64,000 nucleotides of DNA from Escherichia coli (lineage in GTDB: Bacteria > Pseudomonadota > Gammaproteobacteria > Enterobacterales > Enterobacteriaceae), in NCBI RefSeq assembly GCF_003790525.1, contig NZ_CP033635.1; one strand, written 5' to 3'. Below, in pieces: positions 11,013 to 21,752 of this stretch (position 1 is its first letter; every line of letters begins with the position of its first letter). The notes below the pieces were generated by a model. It saw only the letters and a list, made by a program, of their open reading frames with translations. It was not told the DNA's origin and ran no database searches. A program made the translations under genes and the position numbers.

Positions 11013-12593
11013 ATGAAACAAAAGAAAGCCTGGAGTTTTTTTCAGAGCCTGGGAAAGGCATTCATGTATCCCATTGCTCTGCTAAGTGTATGTGGCATGA
11101 TGCTAGGGCTGGGAAGTGGTTTAGCCAGTGATGATATGGCAAAGTTAATTCCATTTCTGGCTATTCCAATAATTAAAACCATACTTGATTTCATTGTTAG
11201 TCTTGGTTTGTTTGCCTTTGTTAATTTACCTGTATTGTTTGCGATAGCGATTCCCTTAGGATTATTAAAAGATAAAGAGGATAAAGCCTATGGTGCTTTT
11301 TCTGGCTTAATTGGTTTTATGGCGATGCATCTGGGAACGAACTTTTATCTTAAACAGCACGACTTATTGGTCGCTGCTGACCAAATGTCGACACATGGGC
11401 AAACCATCATTCTGGGGATCCAGTCCTACAATACCAGCGTGTTAGGGGGAATTGTTGCTGGGTTATTAGTCGCCAGCATGTATAAAAAGATCGTTAATTT
11501 ACGCATTCCTGAATCATTAGGTTTTTATAGCGGCCCACGTCTGGTGCCTATCATTACACTGATTGTGATGAGTGGATTTGGTCTGATCATCCCTTTTATC
11601 TGGCCGCCGTTTTTCAATCTTTTCATGCTCATTGGCCACTGGATTTCAACTTCCGGTCCTGTTGGCTATTTTTTCTATGCAGTCGCCGAACGCGTGACGA
11701 TACCTTTTGGTTTAAATCACCTGGTGACGTCAGTTTTCCGCTTTACCCCCATCGGCGGATCGGCAGTGATCGGCGGCGAAGAGTATTATGGCACCCTGAA
11801 CATGTTTATGGCGTACGTCAAAGAGAATGCGGTCATTCCGCTGGATTTGGCGGGGAAAATGGAACAGGGCAAACTGATGATTCAGTATGGTCTGGCTGGT
11901 GCCGCGCTGGCGATGTATCGCACTGCTCATGCTCAAAACAGAAAAGCTATCAAAGCATTGCTTATTTCCGGGGTGCTTACAGTCATTATTGGCGGCGTCA
12001 GCGAACCGATTGAGTTTCTGTTCTTATTTGTCAGTCCACTGCTGTTTGTCTTCCATGCATTTATGAATGGATTCGCCAACATGGTCTTGCCATATATGGG
12101 CGTGAAGATGGGATTTACTGGCGATCTGATTCAATTTATTAGCTTTGGCGTATTGCGTGGCACAAGAACAGGTTGGCCAATAGCGGTGTGTGTCGAAGTG
12201 GCCTATTTCTTTATTTATTACTTTGTGTTCCGTTGGACTATTCTCAAATTTAACCTGATGACGGTAGGCCGTGAAGAGTCCAGTCCTGTCACGCTGAACG
12301 CTCATGAGGATACGGCTATAGCGGATATCCCAACTCCTGATAAATCAGAGCTGCAAGCGGCGGAGCAGATGGTTAAGGCACTTGGTGGTAAAGAGAATAT
12401 TAAGTCACTGGATAATTGCGTAACTCGTTTACGTTTAACAATCGCAGATATGGGATTGCTTGACGAGGCTGCAATAAAAAGAGCCGGCGGAATTGCGGTT
12501 GTTAAACTTGATCAAAATACCCTACAAGTCATTATCGGTACTAAAGTCATCGCCTTGCGTCGGGATATGGATAACTACATGGGGATATGCTGA
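11013..12593 (+). CDS. PTS glucose/glucoside-family EIICB permease (no EIIA domain)
   Basis: 526 aa polytopic membrane protein with C-terminal EIIB motif NCVTRLRL; similar in architecture to MalX/PtsG-type EIICB. Confidence 0.85.
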   Translation: MKQKKAWSFFQSLGKAFMYPIALLSVCGMMLGLGSGLASDDMAKLIPFLAIPIIKTILDFIVSLGLFAFVNLPVLFAIAIPLGLLKDKEDKAYGAFSGLIGFMAMHLGTNFYLKQHDLLVAADQMSTHGQTIILGIQSYNTSVLGGIVAGLLVASMYKKIVNLRIPESLGFYSGPRLVPIITLIVMSGFGLIIPFIWPPFFNLFMLIGHWISTSGPVGYFFYAVAERVTIPFGLNHLVTSVFRFTPIGGSAVIGGEEYYGTLNMFMAYVKENAVIPLDLAGKMEQGKLMIQYGLAGAALAMYRTAHAQNRKAIKALLISGVLTVIIGGVSEPIEFLFLFVSPLLFVFHAFMNGFANMVLPYMGVKMGFTGDLIQFISFGVLRGTRTGWPIAVCVEVAYFFIYYFVFRWTILKFNLMTVGREESSPVTLNAHEDTAIADIPTPDKSELQAAEQMVKALGGKENIKSLDNCVTRLRLTIADMGLLDEAAIKRAGGIAVVKLDQNTLQVIIGTKVIALRRDMDNYMGIC

Positions 12594-13768
12594 TGGATGT
12601 TTTTAATACTCCTATTTCCCGCAAAGGAACATATTGTACCCAATGGGACTTTTGCGAGGACAGATTTGGTGTAAAAGATGTATTACCATTCTCTATTTCA
12701 GATATGGATCTTCCGATACCAGACGCTATCACCAGAGCATTAAAAAAACGTCTGGAACACCCGATTTTAGGGTACAGCCGTTGGCAGCATGATGACTATC
12801 TGAATGCGATAGTCAATTGGTATCATCAACAATATAAAACTGAAATCAAACCAGAATGGATCACCTATAGCCCAAGCGTGATGTACTCCATTGCTAAAGC
12901 AATAGAGTTATTGACATCGCATGGTGATAATATTCTCGTTTTTACACCTGTCTATAATGCATTTTTTGATATAATTAAACATAGCGAGAGAAATATTCTG
13001 ACAGCCTCTTTGATTATAAAAAATGAGGGGGGCTACGCTATCAATTGGCAAGATTTTGATCTTAAGATTCAAAGCGCAAAGATGGTGTTATTATGTAATC
13101 CTCATAACCCGACAGGAACAGTCTGGTCGGAAGAAGAACTGCATAAAATCGCTGCAAGCTGTACAAGGCATAATGTCTGGTTATGTTCAGATGAAATCCA
13201 TAGTGATTTTGTTTTTAATCGTAGCTTTACATCCGCGCTTAAAATAAAAAAAGAAAAAGTAGTAGTATTTAACTCGATATCGAAAACATTTAATGTTCCT
13301 GCACTAACAGGATCGTATATGATTTCAACTGACGATAATTTTAATCATAAGTTCAGAACGATATCGAGGTATCGCGATTTTGTAAACTCCCCATCAGTAC
13401 TGAATATAATTGCAACTATTATTGCCTATAACGAATGTGAGGGATGGTTAAAGTCATTAAAGGCACATATTGCCTCTAACATTCAATTCACCCAGCAGTA
13501 TCTGAACGAAAACACTCCAGAATTGATCGTAAGGCCAGCTGATGGTTGCTATTTTTCGTGGATAGATTGCTCTGCTATTGGTTATCCCTTTGATGAATTC
13601 TACAGTCGATTAATTCATGAAGGCAAAGTGGGCATTATGGCGGGGAATGTCTATGGAACGGAGGGGGAGGGCTACCTTCGTCTGAACCTGGCCTGCGGTC
13701 GAGAAAAATTATATATGGGGCTTACGCGTCTTGCGAGTGTAATTAAAAATATTAATCAAGGAAAATAA
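12587..13768 (+). CDS. MalY/PatB-family PLP-dependent aminotransferase / C-S beta-lyase
   Basis: 393 aa; N-terminus (TYCTQWDF..LPFSISDMDLP) parallels E. coli MalY (GTWCTQWDY..LPFTISDMDF); overlaps the EIICB stop by 7 nt. Confidence 0.8.
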   Translation: MLMDVFNTPISRKGTYCTQWDFCEDRFGVKDVLPFSISDMDLPIPDAITRALKKRLEHPILGYSRWQHDDYLNAIVNWYHQQYKTEIKPEWITYSPSVMYSIAKAIELLTSHGDNILVFTPVYNAFFDIIKHSERNILTASLIIKNEGGYAINWQDFDLKIQSAKMVLLCNPHNPTGTVWSEEELHKIAASCTRHNVWLCSDEIHSDFVFNRSFTSALKIKKEKVVVFNSISKTFNVPALTGSYMISTDDNFNHKFRTISRYRDFVNSPSVLNIIATIIAYNECEGWLKSLKAHIASNIQFTQQYLNENTPELIVRPADGCYFSWIDCSAIGYPFDEFYSRLIHEGKVGIMAGNVYGTEGEGYLRLNLACGREKLYMGLTRLASVIKNINQGK

Positions 13769-13770
13769 AA

Positions 13771-14367
13771 ATGAACAGCACGGATCTTATCCATCTCATT
13801 AAACATTTTATGCGTAACGAACATAAAGCAGTTGAAGAAGTTATTGATTCCCCCCTTTCGGAGGTCGCAAATTTAATTAAAGTATTACAGTCTTGTCAGG
13901 GGAAAGTTGTTTTTATTGGTGTCGGTAAGTCCGGTATTATTGCCCGAAAACTCGCCGCAACATTTGCCAGCACTGGAACTCCCTCGTTTTTTGTTCACGG
14001 TACGGAAGCGGTACACGGCGACCTTGGAATGGTGGCGAAAGACGATGTTGTTATTCTTATTTCAAACAGTGGTGAGACGGCGGAAATCCTGGCGACACTG
14101 CCTAGTCTGAAAAAAATGGGTAATTATTTGATCTCTTTTACACGCAGTCATCACTCATCGCTTGCGATAAGTTGTGATTTATCCGTTGAAATTCCCGTAA
14201 AAAGTGAGGCGGATAATTTAGGTTTAGCGCCGTCATGCTCATCAACAGTCGTTCTGGTTGTTGGTGATGCGGTGGCGCTTGCGCTCTCCGAATTGAAAAA
14301 GTTTACTCGTGCTGATTTCGGCTTATATCATCCAGGAGGTGCGCTCGGTATTAAAGCAAACTCATAA
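13771..14367 (+). CDS. SIS-domain sugar-phosphate isomerase (single SIS domain, KdsD/GutQ-like)
   Basis: 198 aa with GVGKSGIIARKLAATFASTGTPSFFVH, the SIS phosphosugar-binding motif. Confidence 0.75.
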   Translation: MNSTDLIHLIKHFMRNEHKAVEEVIDSPLSEVANLIKVLQSCQGKVVFIGVGKSGIIARKLAATFASTGTPSFFVHGTEAVHGDLGMVAKDDVVILISNSGETAEILATLPSLKKMGNYLISFTRSHHSSLAISCDLSVEIPVKSEADNLGLAPSCSSTVVLVVGDAVALALSELKKFTRADFGLYHPGGALGIKANS

Positions 14368-14429
14368 TTTCAAAATATAAATACAGTAACCGGTCACGCC
14401 ATCTTTTGGGGTGGCGTTCTTTGAAGTGA

Positions 14430-15386
14430 GTGTCAGCTATGAAAAATGTTCTGGTCACCGTCCCCAGCTTTTCAGCACGCTGTGTTTCCGCCAGCAAGTT
14501 GCTAAGAGAGAATAATTTTAATCTTATTATTAAGAATAATGTGGAGCATCTGCTTAAATCAGAATCCACTGCATTACGAGAATCTATTTGCGCGGTCATC
14601 GCCGGAAAAGATTGTTATCAGGCGGACACGCTATCATTGCTGTCTGGTGTGAAAATAATATCGAGATTCGGGACGGGGATAGACAATATTGATCTTCGTG
14701 CGGCACAGCAATCCGGTATTGTTGTCAATAATGCGGTTGGGATTAATTCAAATGCGGTTGCGGAATTTATCATTGGACTTATCTTCGCGAGCATGAGAAA
14801 TATCCCCGGTAGCTATCATGCGATGCAAAATGGTTATTGGGGCGAGTCGCATGGCTGCGAGTTACAAGGTAAACGTATTGGCCTGCTTGGCTACGGCAAT
14901 ATTGGCAAAACACTGGCGAAAAGGTTATCTGGTTTTGATGTTGAGCTTTTAGCTTTTGACAAACAACCCGATTTCCAGGCCGCAGGCAAAGATGGAGTTC
15001 AGTTCGTATCAATTGAAGATATCTTTATGCAGTCTCATGTCATCATCGTTCTTTTGCCATTTTCTCCGGAGCTGGAGAACTTCATTAGTCATAAATATTT
15101 GTCGATGATGCGCAATGGTGCTCTGATCATCAACGCCGCAAGGGGAAAGTTGCTGGATGAGGGTGCTTTACTTCAGGTAATTGAAGAACGAAATGTTTTT
15201 GCAGCACTGGATGTGTTTAGCTCTGAACCGCTAGCGCAATTTAGCCCATTGCTACATGCCAAGAATATCATTACAACGCCGCATATTGCGGCCGCCACCG
15301 TTGAGTCATACCAGCAAACCGGGATATACGTTGCCCAGTCGATAATTGATTACTTCGCAGGAAGGGAGATAAAAAACGTGCTGTGA
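14430..15386 (+). CDS. D-isomer-specific 2-hydroxyacid dehydrogenase family protein (NAD-binding)
   Basis: 318 aa; Rossmann GxGxxG (LLGYGNIGK) and catalytic-domain motifs typical of the SerA/PdxB/GhrA family. Confidence 0.75.
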   Translation: MSAMKNVLVTVPSFSARCVSASKLLRENNFNLIIKNNVEHLLKSESTALRESICAVIAGKDCYQADTLSLLSGVKIISRFGTGIDNIDLRAAQQSGIVVNNAVGINSNAVAEFIIGLIFASMRNIPGSYHAMQNGYWGESHGCELQGKRIGLLGYGNIGKTLAKRLSGFDVELLAFDKQPDFQAAGKDGVQFVSIEDIFMQSHVIIVLLPFSPELENFISHKYLSMMRNGALIINAARGKLLDEGALLQVIEERNVFAALDVFSSEPLAQFSPLLHAKNIITTPHIAAATVESYQQTGIYVAQSIIDYFAGREIKNVL

Positions 15387-15410
15387 GTTCAGCTAAGGAA
15401 TATTTCAGGT

Positions 15411-15448
15411 ACAAAAAAACCGCAATTTGTGAAACACATTGCGGTTTA
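15411..15448 (-). terminator. Rho-independent terminator downstream of the tRNA-fMet cluster
   Basis: On the minus strand a hairpin accgcaatgtgtttcacaaattgcggt followed by TTTTTTT, directly 3' of the last tRNA. Confidence 0.6.
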
Positions 15449-15464
15449 TCAGCATCATAAGTGT

Positions 15465-15541
<77 letters not shown>

Positions 15542-15575
15542 TCACCGTACTGCTTTTACTTCATCAAATTTTGAT

Positions 15576-15652
<77 letters not shown>

Positions 15653-15685
15653 TCACCGTACTGCTTTACTTCATCAAATTTTAAT

Positions 15686-15762
<77 letters not shown>

Positions 15763-15970
15763 TCCGTGGATGCGCACTATACTCTGCTCGCGTTTTCATG
15801 CAACCTTTTTTTTACCCCGATCACGGATTTGGCATGATTTTGAACAAAAACAAATCACTAAAGCCTATTTTTTGTGCAAAATTTGCGTCGGGGAGAGGCT
15901 GCTCATTTCATTAAACGCGGCGGTTTGTTATCTTCGTTGCGCCTTATTTTTTAACCTGAAGAAGAGAACA

Positions 15971-17068
15971 ATGAAAGGACGTTGGGTAAAGTACCTTCTT
16001 ATGGGCACGGTTGTGGCAATGCTTGCCGCCTGCTCTTCCAAACCAACCGATCGCGGACAGCAATATAAAGACGGGAAATTTACCCAGCCTTTCTCTCTGG
16101 TGAACCAGCCAGATGCCGTTGGCGCGCCGATTAACGCCGGTGATTTTGCCGAGCAAATTAACCATATCCGTAATTCGTCACCGCGTCTGTATGGCAACCA
16201 GAGTAATGTTTATAACGCGGTGCAAGAGTGGCTGCGCGCAGGCGGTGATACCCGCAATATGCGCCAGTTCGGCATTGATGCCTGGCAGATGGAAGGTGCC
16301 GACAACTATGGTAACGTGCAGTTTACCGGTTATTACACGCCAGTAATTCAGGCGCGCCATACCCGCCAGGGCGAGTTTCAGTATCCGATTTACCGTATGC
16401 CGCCAAAACGTGGTCGTCTGCCGTCTCGTGCGGAGATCTACGCGGGGGCATTGAGCGATAAATACATCCTCGCTTACAGCAACTCTCTGATGGATAACTT
16501 CATTATGGATGTGCAGGGTAGTGGGTATATCGACTTTGGTGATGGCAGTCCGCTTAACTTTTTCAGCTATGCAGGGAAAAACGGTCATGCCTATCGCAGC
16601 ATTGGTAAGGTGCTGATCGACCGTGGCGAAGTGAAAAAAGAAGATATGTCGATGCAGGCGATTCGTCACTGGGGTGAAACACACAGTGAAGCCGAGGTTC
16701 GCGAGCTGCTGGAACAGAACCCGTCTTTCGTCTTCTTTAAACCGCAATCTTTTGCTCCGGTGAAAGGGGCAAGTGCGGTGCCGCTGGTTGGTCGCGCTTC
16801 AGTTGCGTCCGATCGTTCCATTATCCCGCCTGGTACAACCTTACTGGCAGAAGTGCCGCTGCTGGATAATAACGGCAAATTTAACGGTCAGTACGAACTA
16901 CGGCTGATGGTGGCGTTGGATGTCGGTGGTGCAATCAAAGGCCAACACTTCGATATTTATCAAGGTATCGGGCCGGAAGCCGGACACCGCGCAGGTTGGT
17001 ACAACCACTATGGACGTGTTTGGGTGCTGAAAACCGCCCCGGGCGCAGGTAACGTCTTTAGCGGCTGA
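15971..17068 (+). CDS. mltA: Membrane-bound lytic murein transglycosylase A (lipoprotein)
   Basis: 365 aa from MKGRWVKYLLMGTVVAMLAACSSK (lipobox LAAC); the ORF-track version starts at a TTG inside the tRNA and is rejected. Confidence 0.9.
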   Translation: MKGRWVKYLLMGTVVAMLAACSSKPTDRGQQYKDGKFTQPFSLVNQPDAVGAPINAGDFAEQINHIRNSSPRLYGNQSNVYNAVQEWLRAGGDTRNMRQFGIDAWQMEGADNYGNVQFTGYYTPVIQARHTRQGEFQYPIYRMPPKRGRLPSRAEIYAGALSDKYILAYSNSLMDNFIMDVQGSGYIDFGDGSPLNFFSYAGKNGHAYRSIGKVLIDRGEVKKEDMSMQAIRHWGETHSEAEVRELLEQNPSFVFFKPQSFAPVKGASAVPLVGRASVASDRSIIPPGTTLLAEVPLLDNNGKFNGQYELRLMVALDVGGAIKGQHFDIYQGIGPEAGHRAGWYNHYGRVWVLKTAPGAGNVFSG

Positions 17069-17144
17069 TGTGTTATTCTGTATACCGTTTTGACGGATAC
17101 GACAGGGTGAGGGATAACCTCGCCCTTTTTAATTCTGAGGTGCT

Positions 17145-17951
17145 ATGTCTGTGGTAATTAGTGATGCATGGCGTCAGCGTTTTGGTGGCACAGCGCGTCT
17201 GTATGGTGAAAAAGCATTGCAACTGTTTGCTGACGCGCATATTTGTGTGGTTGGTATCGGTGGTGTCGGTTCCTGGGCGGCGGAAGCGCTGGCGCGCACG
17301 GGGATTGGCTCAATCACGCTTATCGATATGGATGATGTGTGCGTCACCAATACCAATCGGCAAATTCATGCCCTGCGCGATAACGTTGGGCTGGCAAAAG
17401 CGGAAGTTATGGCGGAGCGTATTCGCCAGATTAACCCGGAGTGCCGTGTAACGGTGGTGGATGATTTCGTGACGCCGGATAACGTAGCGCAGTATATGAG
17501 CGTGGGTTATTCGTACGTGATTGATGCCATTGATAGTGTACGGCCCAAAGCGGCGCTGATTGCTTATTGTCGGCGCAATAAAATCCCACTGGTCACAACC
17601 GGTGGCGCGGGTGGGCAGATTGACCCGACGCAGATTCAGGTTACCGATCTGGCGAAAACGATTCAGGACCCGCTGGCGGCGAAGTTGCGTGAGCGCCTGA
17701 AAAGCGATTTTGGCATAGTGAAAAACAGTAAAGGTAAGCTCGGCGTGGATTGCGTGTTCTCTACCGAAGCGCTGGTGTACCCGCAGTCAGATGGCACGGT
17801 CTGTGCAATGAAAGCTACGGCGGAAGGGCCAAAGCGGATGGATTGTGCATCTGGATTTGGTGCCGCGACGATGGTGACCGCCACCTTTGGTTTTGTTGCG
17901 GTTTCTCATGCGCTGAAGAAGATGATGGCGAAAGCGGCGCGTCAGGGGTAA
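17145..17951 (+). CDS. tcdA: tRNA threonylcarbamoyladenosine dehydratase (ThiF/MoeB-like E1 fold)
   Basis: 268 aa, GxGGVGS nucleotide-binding motif; synteny with csdAE. Confidence 0.85.
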   Translation: MSVVISDAWRQRFGGTARLYGEKALQLFADAHICVVGIGGVGSWAAEALARTGIGSITLIDMDDVCVTNTNRQIHALRDNVGLAKAEVMAERIRQINPECRVTVVDDFVTPDNVAQYMSVGYSYVIDAIDSVRPKAALIAYCRRNKIPLVTTGGAGGQIDPTQIQVTDLAKTIQDPLAAKLRERLKSDFGIVKNSKGKLGVDCVFSTEALVYPQSDGTVCAMKATAEGPKRMDCASGFGAATMVTATFGFVAVSHALKKMMAKAARQG

Positions 17952-18001
17952 ACAATCAGGTCGGATGCGACGCAAACGTCCTTTCCGACCCGGTTCTGTG
18001 C

Positions 18002-18445
18002 TTAAACCTGCTTCGCCGCAGCGATAATCGCCTCGCTTAACGCATTCAACCCCTGGCTGCGTGAGGCGCTAAGTTGCGCACGCAATCCCAGCTCATCAAA
18101 CAATGCCAGCGGCGACTGTGCCTGCAATTCGGCGGCGGTTTTGCCCTCAACGGCAGTCAACAACACCGCAAGCAGGCCGCGCACAATGCGTCCTTCGCTG
18201 TCGCCAAAGAAATGCATCTTGCCGTTTTCAGCCATGGTATATCCCAGCCAGACGCGGTTTTCGCATCCGGCAATCTCTTTAGCCTGCGCTTTTAACTCGT
18301 CTGGCAAAGCCGGCAGCTGTTTCCCCAGCATGATCAACTGGCGATATTTATCTTCCCATTGCGACAACGGTGCGAAGGTATTGCGTAACGTTTCTGCGGT
18401 TACGGTTGTGCCGAACGGATGTCCGGCGAATTGCGGGTTCGTCAT
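18002..18445 (-). CDS. csdE: Sulfur acceptor protein CsdE (SufE-like)
   Basis: 147 aa SufE-family ORF immediately downstream of csdA. Confidence 0.85.
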   Translation of the reverse strand: MTNPQFAGHPFGTTVTAETLRNTFAPLSQWEDKYRQLIMLGKQLPALPDELKAQAKEIAGCENRVWLGYTMAENGKMHFFGDSEGRIVRGLLAVLLTAVEGKTAAELQAQSPLALFDELGLRAQLSASRSQGLNALSEAIIAAAKQV

Positions 18446-19650
18446 TAATCCACCAATAATTCCAGCGCGCGGTCAACGGCATTCACCAGCGCATCCACAT
18501 CACTCTTTGTATTATATGGCGCAAAAGAGGCGCGCAGTGTGCCGGTTACGCCTAATTCTGCCAGTAGCGGCTGAGCGCAATGCTGCCCGGCCCGCAGGGC
18601 AATACCGTACTCCGCCAGCAGTGTCACCATATCGCTGTGATGAACTCCAGCAAAATCAAAGGCCAGCAGGCTGGAATCCTGGCAGCGGAATGAACGAAAG
18701 CCTGGACGTTTCGCCAGCGCTTCTTCTGCAAGCGTTGCTAAGCTACGGCTCCAGCTTTCGGCCTGGTTGATATCGTAATCTGTCAGCCATTCCAGCGCCG
18801 CGCTTAATCCTATGACGCCAGCGACATTTGGCGTTCCTGCTTCCAGTTTCCACGGCGCAGATTGAGTCGTGAAGCCGTCAAAACTCACTTCGTGAACCAT
18901 TTTGCCGCCGCCCAGCCAGGGCGACATCGCTTCCAGCAGTTCTGGTTTGCCATACAGCACGCCGATGCCTGTCGGGCCATACAGTTTGTGACCTGAAAAA
19001 GCATAGAAATCAATATCCAGTTGCTGAACATCCGCGGGGAAATGCACCGCCCCCTGAGCACCATCAACCATCACCACCATCCCGGCTGAATGAGCAAAAG
19101 TAATCGCTCTCGCCAGATCCGGGCAACCGCCAGTGACGTTCGACATCTGGCCCAACGCCAGAATCCGACTACGGGGAGTAATCAGTTCTGGCAACAAATC
19201 GACATCCGGCAGTCGCTGCGCATTAAGCGGCAATTTCACCACTTTGGCCCCCGTTTGTTGGGCGACCATCAGCCAGGGGACGAGGTTGGCGTGGTGTTCT
19301 GCCACACTGACAATAATTTCATCGCCCGGTTGCAGACGCGGACGCGCATAGCATTGTGCCACCATGTTGATGGATTCAGTGGTGCCGCGCGTCCAGACGA
19401 TAGTTTTATCATCCGGTGCATTCAGTAATTGTGCCACTTTTTCCCGCGCAGCTTCGTAACGCGCGGTCAGGCGTTGGGCTTCGGCAAACTGGCTGCGATG
19501 GACGTTTCCGGCGCTCAGGCTATAAAACTGTCGGGTGGCTTCAACCACGGCTTCAGGTTTAAGCGCGGTCGCGGCGCTGTCGAGATAGACGCCCGCATCC
19601 TGTAGCGCGGGAAACTGGGCGCGAAACTGCGCGGGATTAAAAACGTTCAT
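18445..19650 (-). CDS. csdA: Cysteine desulfurase / sulfinate desulfinase CsdA
   Basis: 401 aa from [13 protein letters not shown]; PLP-dependent class V aminotransferase motifs ([10 protein letters not shown]). Confidence 0.9.
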   Translation of the reverse strand: MNVFNPAQFRAQFPALQDAGVYLDSAATALKPEAVVEATRQFYSLSAGNVHRSQFAEAQRLTARYEAAREKVAQLLNAPDDKTIVWTRGTTESINMVAQCYARPRLQPGDEIIVSVAEHHANLVPWLMVAQQTGAKVVKLPLNAQRLPDVDLLPELITPRSRILALGQMSNVTGGCPDLARAITFAHSAGMVVMVDGAQGAVHFPADVQQLDIDFYAFSGHKLYGPTGIGVLYGKPELLEAMSPWLGGGKMVHEVSFDGFTTQSAPWKLEAGTPNVAGVIGLSAALEWLTDYDINQAESWSRSLATLAEEALAKRPGFRSFRCQDSSLLAFDFAGVHHSDMVTLLAEYGIALRAGQHCAQPLLAELGVTGTLRASFAPYNTKSDVDALVNAVDRALELLVD

Positions 19651-19841
19651 GGTACTCCTCGGCTTGATGCACCGATCGTGACGCAAAATTCACTTTGATA
19701 CAAGGAGAGTGCTAACCATCAGAATTATCTGGATATCCTGGCGAAGCCGCGTCAGTAACATATGCTGAATAGTGTTAGGCGTTAATTTTAGCCTGTTAAT
19801 CAATACTATTAAGATTTATTAATCGCTTTAAGGAGAAGATG

Positions 19842-20069
19842 ATGAAAAAGACTGCCGCAATTATTTCTGCCTGTATGCTGACTTTTGCCCTGAGCGCCTG
19901 TTCCGGTTCGAACTATGTGATGCACACCAATGACGGACGTACCATCGTCTCTGACGGCAAACCACAGACTGATAACGATACCGGTATGATTTCGTATAAA
20001 GACGCTAATGGCAACAAACAGCAGATCAACCGTACTGACGTGAAAGAGATGGTCGAACTGGATCAGTAA
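19842..20069 (+). CDS. ygdI: Small DUF903 lipoprotein
   Basis: 75 aa, signal peptide with lipobox LSAC. Confidence 0.75.
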   Translation: MKKTAAIISACMLTFALSACSGSNYVMHTNDGRTIVSDGKPQTDNDTGMISYKDANGNKQQINRTDVKEMVELDQ

Positions 20070-20085
20070 TTCGCGATCGCAAGGT

Positions 20086-20292
20086 AAAAAAAAAGCACCG
20101 CAATTAGGCGGTGCTACATTAATCACTATGGACAGACAGGGTAAATGTACAGGAAGTGAAAAAAGGTAGCTTTGCTACCATGGTCTGAATCGCAGACCAA
20201 TTGCAAACACAACAACACAACATCACAACCGTAAGCCAAAAGTTCACCAGAACACGCATTCCGATAAAACTTTTCGTTCCGGCTCAGGAAGT
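20086..20292 (-). ncRNA. gcvB: GcvB small regulatory RNA
   Basis: Minus-strand sequence starts ACTTCCTGAGCCGGAACG and ends in the hairpin GCACCGCCTAATTGCGGTGC + U-tract; contains the GU-rich region GTTGTGATGTTGTGTTGTTGTGTTTG; divergent from gcvA. Confidence 0.9.
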
Positions 20293-20420
20293 GCCGCCAC
20301 TATAGGTATTTGCTGGTAGAAGCTCAACGGACAATTTATAATGGCTCAGATTAAAAAAACTAATAGGTTACACAGTGTGATCTAATTGTTAAATTCATTT
20401 AACATCAAAGTTTAAAAGCC

Positions 20421-21338
20421 ATGTCTAAACGATTACCACCGCTAAATGCCTTACGAGTTTTTGATGCCGCAGCACGCCATTTAAGTTTCACTCGCGCAGC
20501 AGAAGAGCTTTTTGTGACCCAGGCCGCAGTAAGTCATCAAATCAAGTCTCTTGAGGATTTTTTGGGGCTAAAACTGTTCCGCCGCCGTAATCGTTCACTC
20601 CTGCTGACCGAGGAAGGGCAAAGCTATTTCCTCGATATCAAAGAGATATTTTCGCAATTAACCGAAGCGACGCGTAAACTCCAGGCCCGTAGCGCTAAGG
20701 GGGCGTTGACGGTCAGTTTACTCCCCAGTTTCGCCATTCATTGGTTGGTTCCGCGACTTTCCAGCTTTAATTCAGCTTATCCGGGAATTGACGTTCGAAT
20801 CCAGGCGGTTGATCGTCAGGAAGATAAGCTGGCGGATGATGTTGATGTGGCGATATTTTATGGTCGGGGCAACTGGCCGGGGCTACGGGTGGAAAAACTG
20901 TACGCCGAATATTTATTGCCGGTGTGCTCGCCGCTACTGCTGACTGGCGAAAAACCCTTGAAGACCCCGGAAGATCTGGCTAAACATACGTTATTACATG
21001 ATGCGTCACGCCGTGACTGGCAGACATATACCCGACAGTTGGGGTTAAATCATATCAACGTTCAGCAAGGGCCAATTTTTAGCCATAGCGCCATGGTGCT
21101 GCAAGCGGCTATCCACGGGCAGGGAGTGGCGCTGGCAAATAACGTGATGGCGCAATCTGAAATTGAAGCCGGACGTCTTGTTTGCCCGTTTAATGATGTT
21201 CTGGTCAGTAAAAACGCTTTTTATCTGGTTTGTCATGACAGCCAGGCAGAACTGGGTAAAATAGCCGCCTTTCGCCAATGGATCCTGGCGAAAGCCGCTG
21301 CTGAACAAGAAAAATTCCGCTTTCGTTATGAACAATAA
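20421..21338 (+). CDS. gcvA: LysR-family glycine cleavage system regulator
   Basis: 305 aa, N-terminal LysR HTH (LNALRVFDAAARHLSFTRAAEEL). Confidence 0.95.
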   Translation: MSKRLPPLNALRVFDAAARHLSFTRAAEELFVTQAAVSHQIKSLEDFLGLKLFRRRNRSLLLTEEGQSYFLDIKEIFSQLTEATRKLQARSAKGALTVSLLPSFAIHWLVPRLSSFNSAYPGIDVRIQAVDRQEDKLADDVDVAIFYGRGNWPGLRVEKLYAEYLLPVCSPLLLTGEKPLKTPEDLAKHTLLHDASRRDWQTYTRQLGLNHINVQQGPIFSHSAMVLQAAIHGQGVALANNVMAQSEIEAGRLVCPFNDVLVSKNAFYLVCHDSQAELGKIAAFRQWILAKAAAEQEKFRFRYEQ

Positions 21339-21356
21339 TTTACGTAGGGTACGACC

Positions 21357-21752
21357 ATGACCAGCCGTTTTATGCTGATTTTCGCCGCCATTAGCGGCTT
21401 CATTTTTGTGGCTCTGGGCGCTTTTGGCGCGCATGTGTTAAGTAAAACCATGGGGGCCGTTGAGATGGGCTGGATCCAGACCGGCCTCGAATACCAGGCG
21501 TTTCATACGCTGGCGATCTTAGGTCTGGCGGTGGCAATGCAGCGTCGCATCAGTATCTGGTTTTACTGGAGTAGCGTTTTCCTCGCGTTAGGCACGGTGC
21601 TGTTCAGCGGCAGCCTTTATTGCCTGGCGCTGTCCCATCTGCGTTTGTGGGCGTTTGTCACACCGGTTGGCGGTGTGAGCTTCCTTGCGGGCTGGGCGTT
21701 AATGTTAGTTGGTGCTATCCGTTTAAAGCGCAAGGGCGTAAGTCATGAATAA
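21357..21752 (+). CDS. ygdD: DUF423 inner membrane protein
   Basis: 131 aa hydrophobic ORF; synteny. Confidence 0.8.

Noticed and set aside
16178-16747. 189-aa minus-strand ORF
   Set aside because: Antisense within mltA; shadow ORF.
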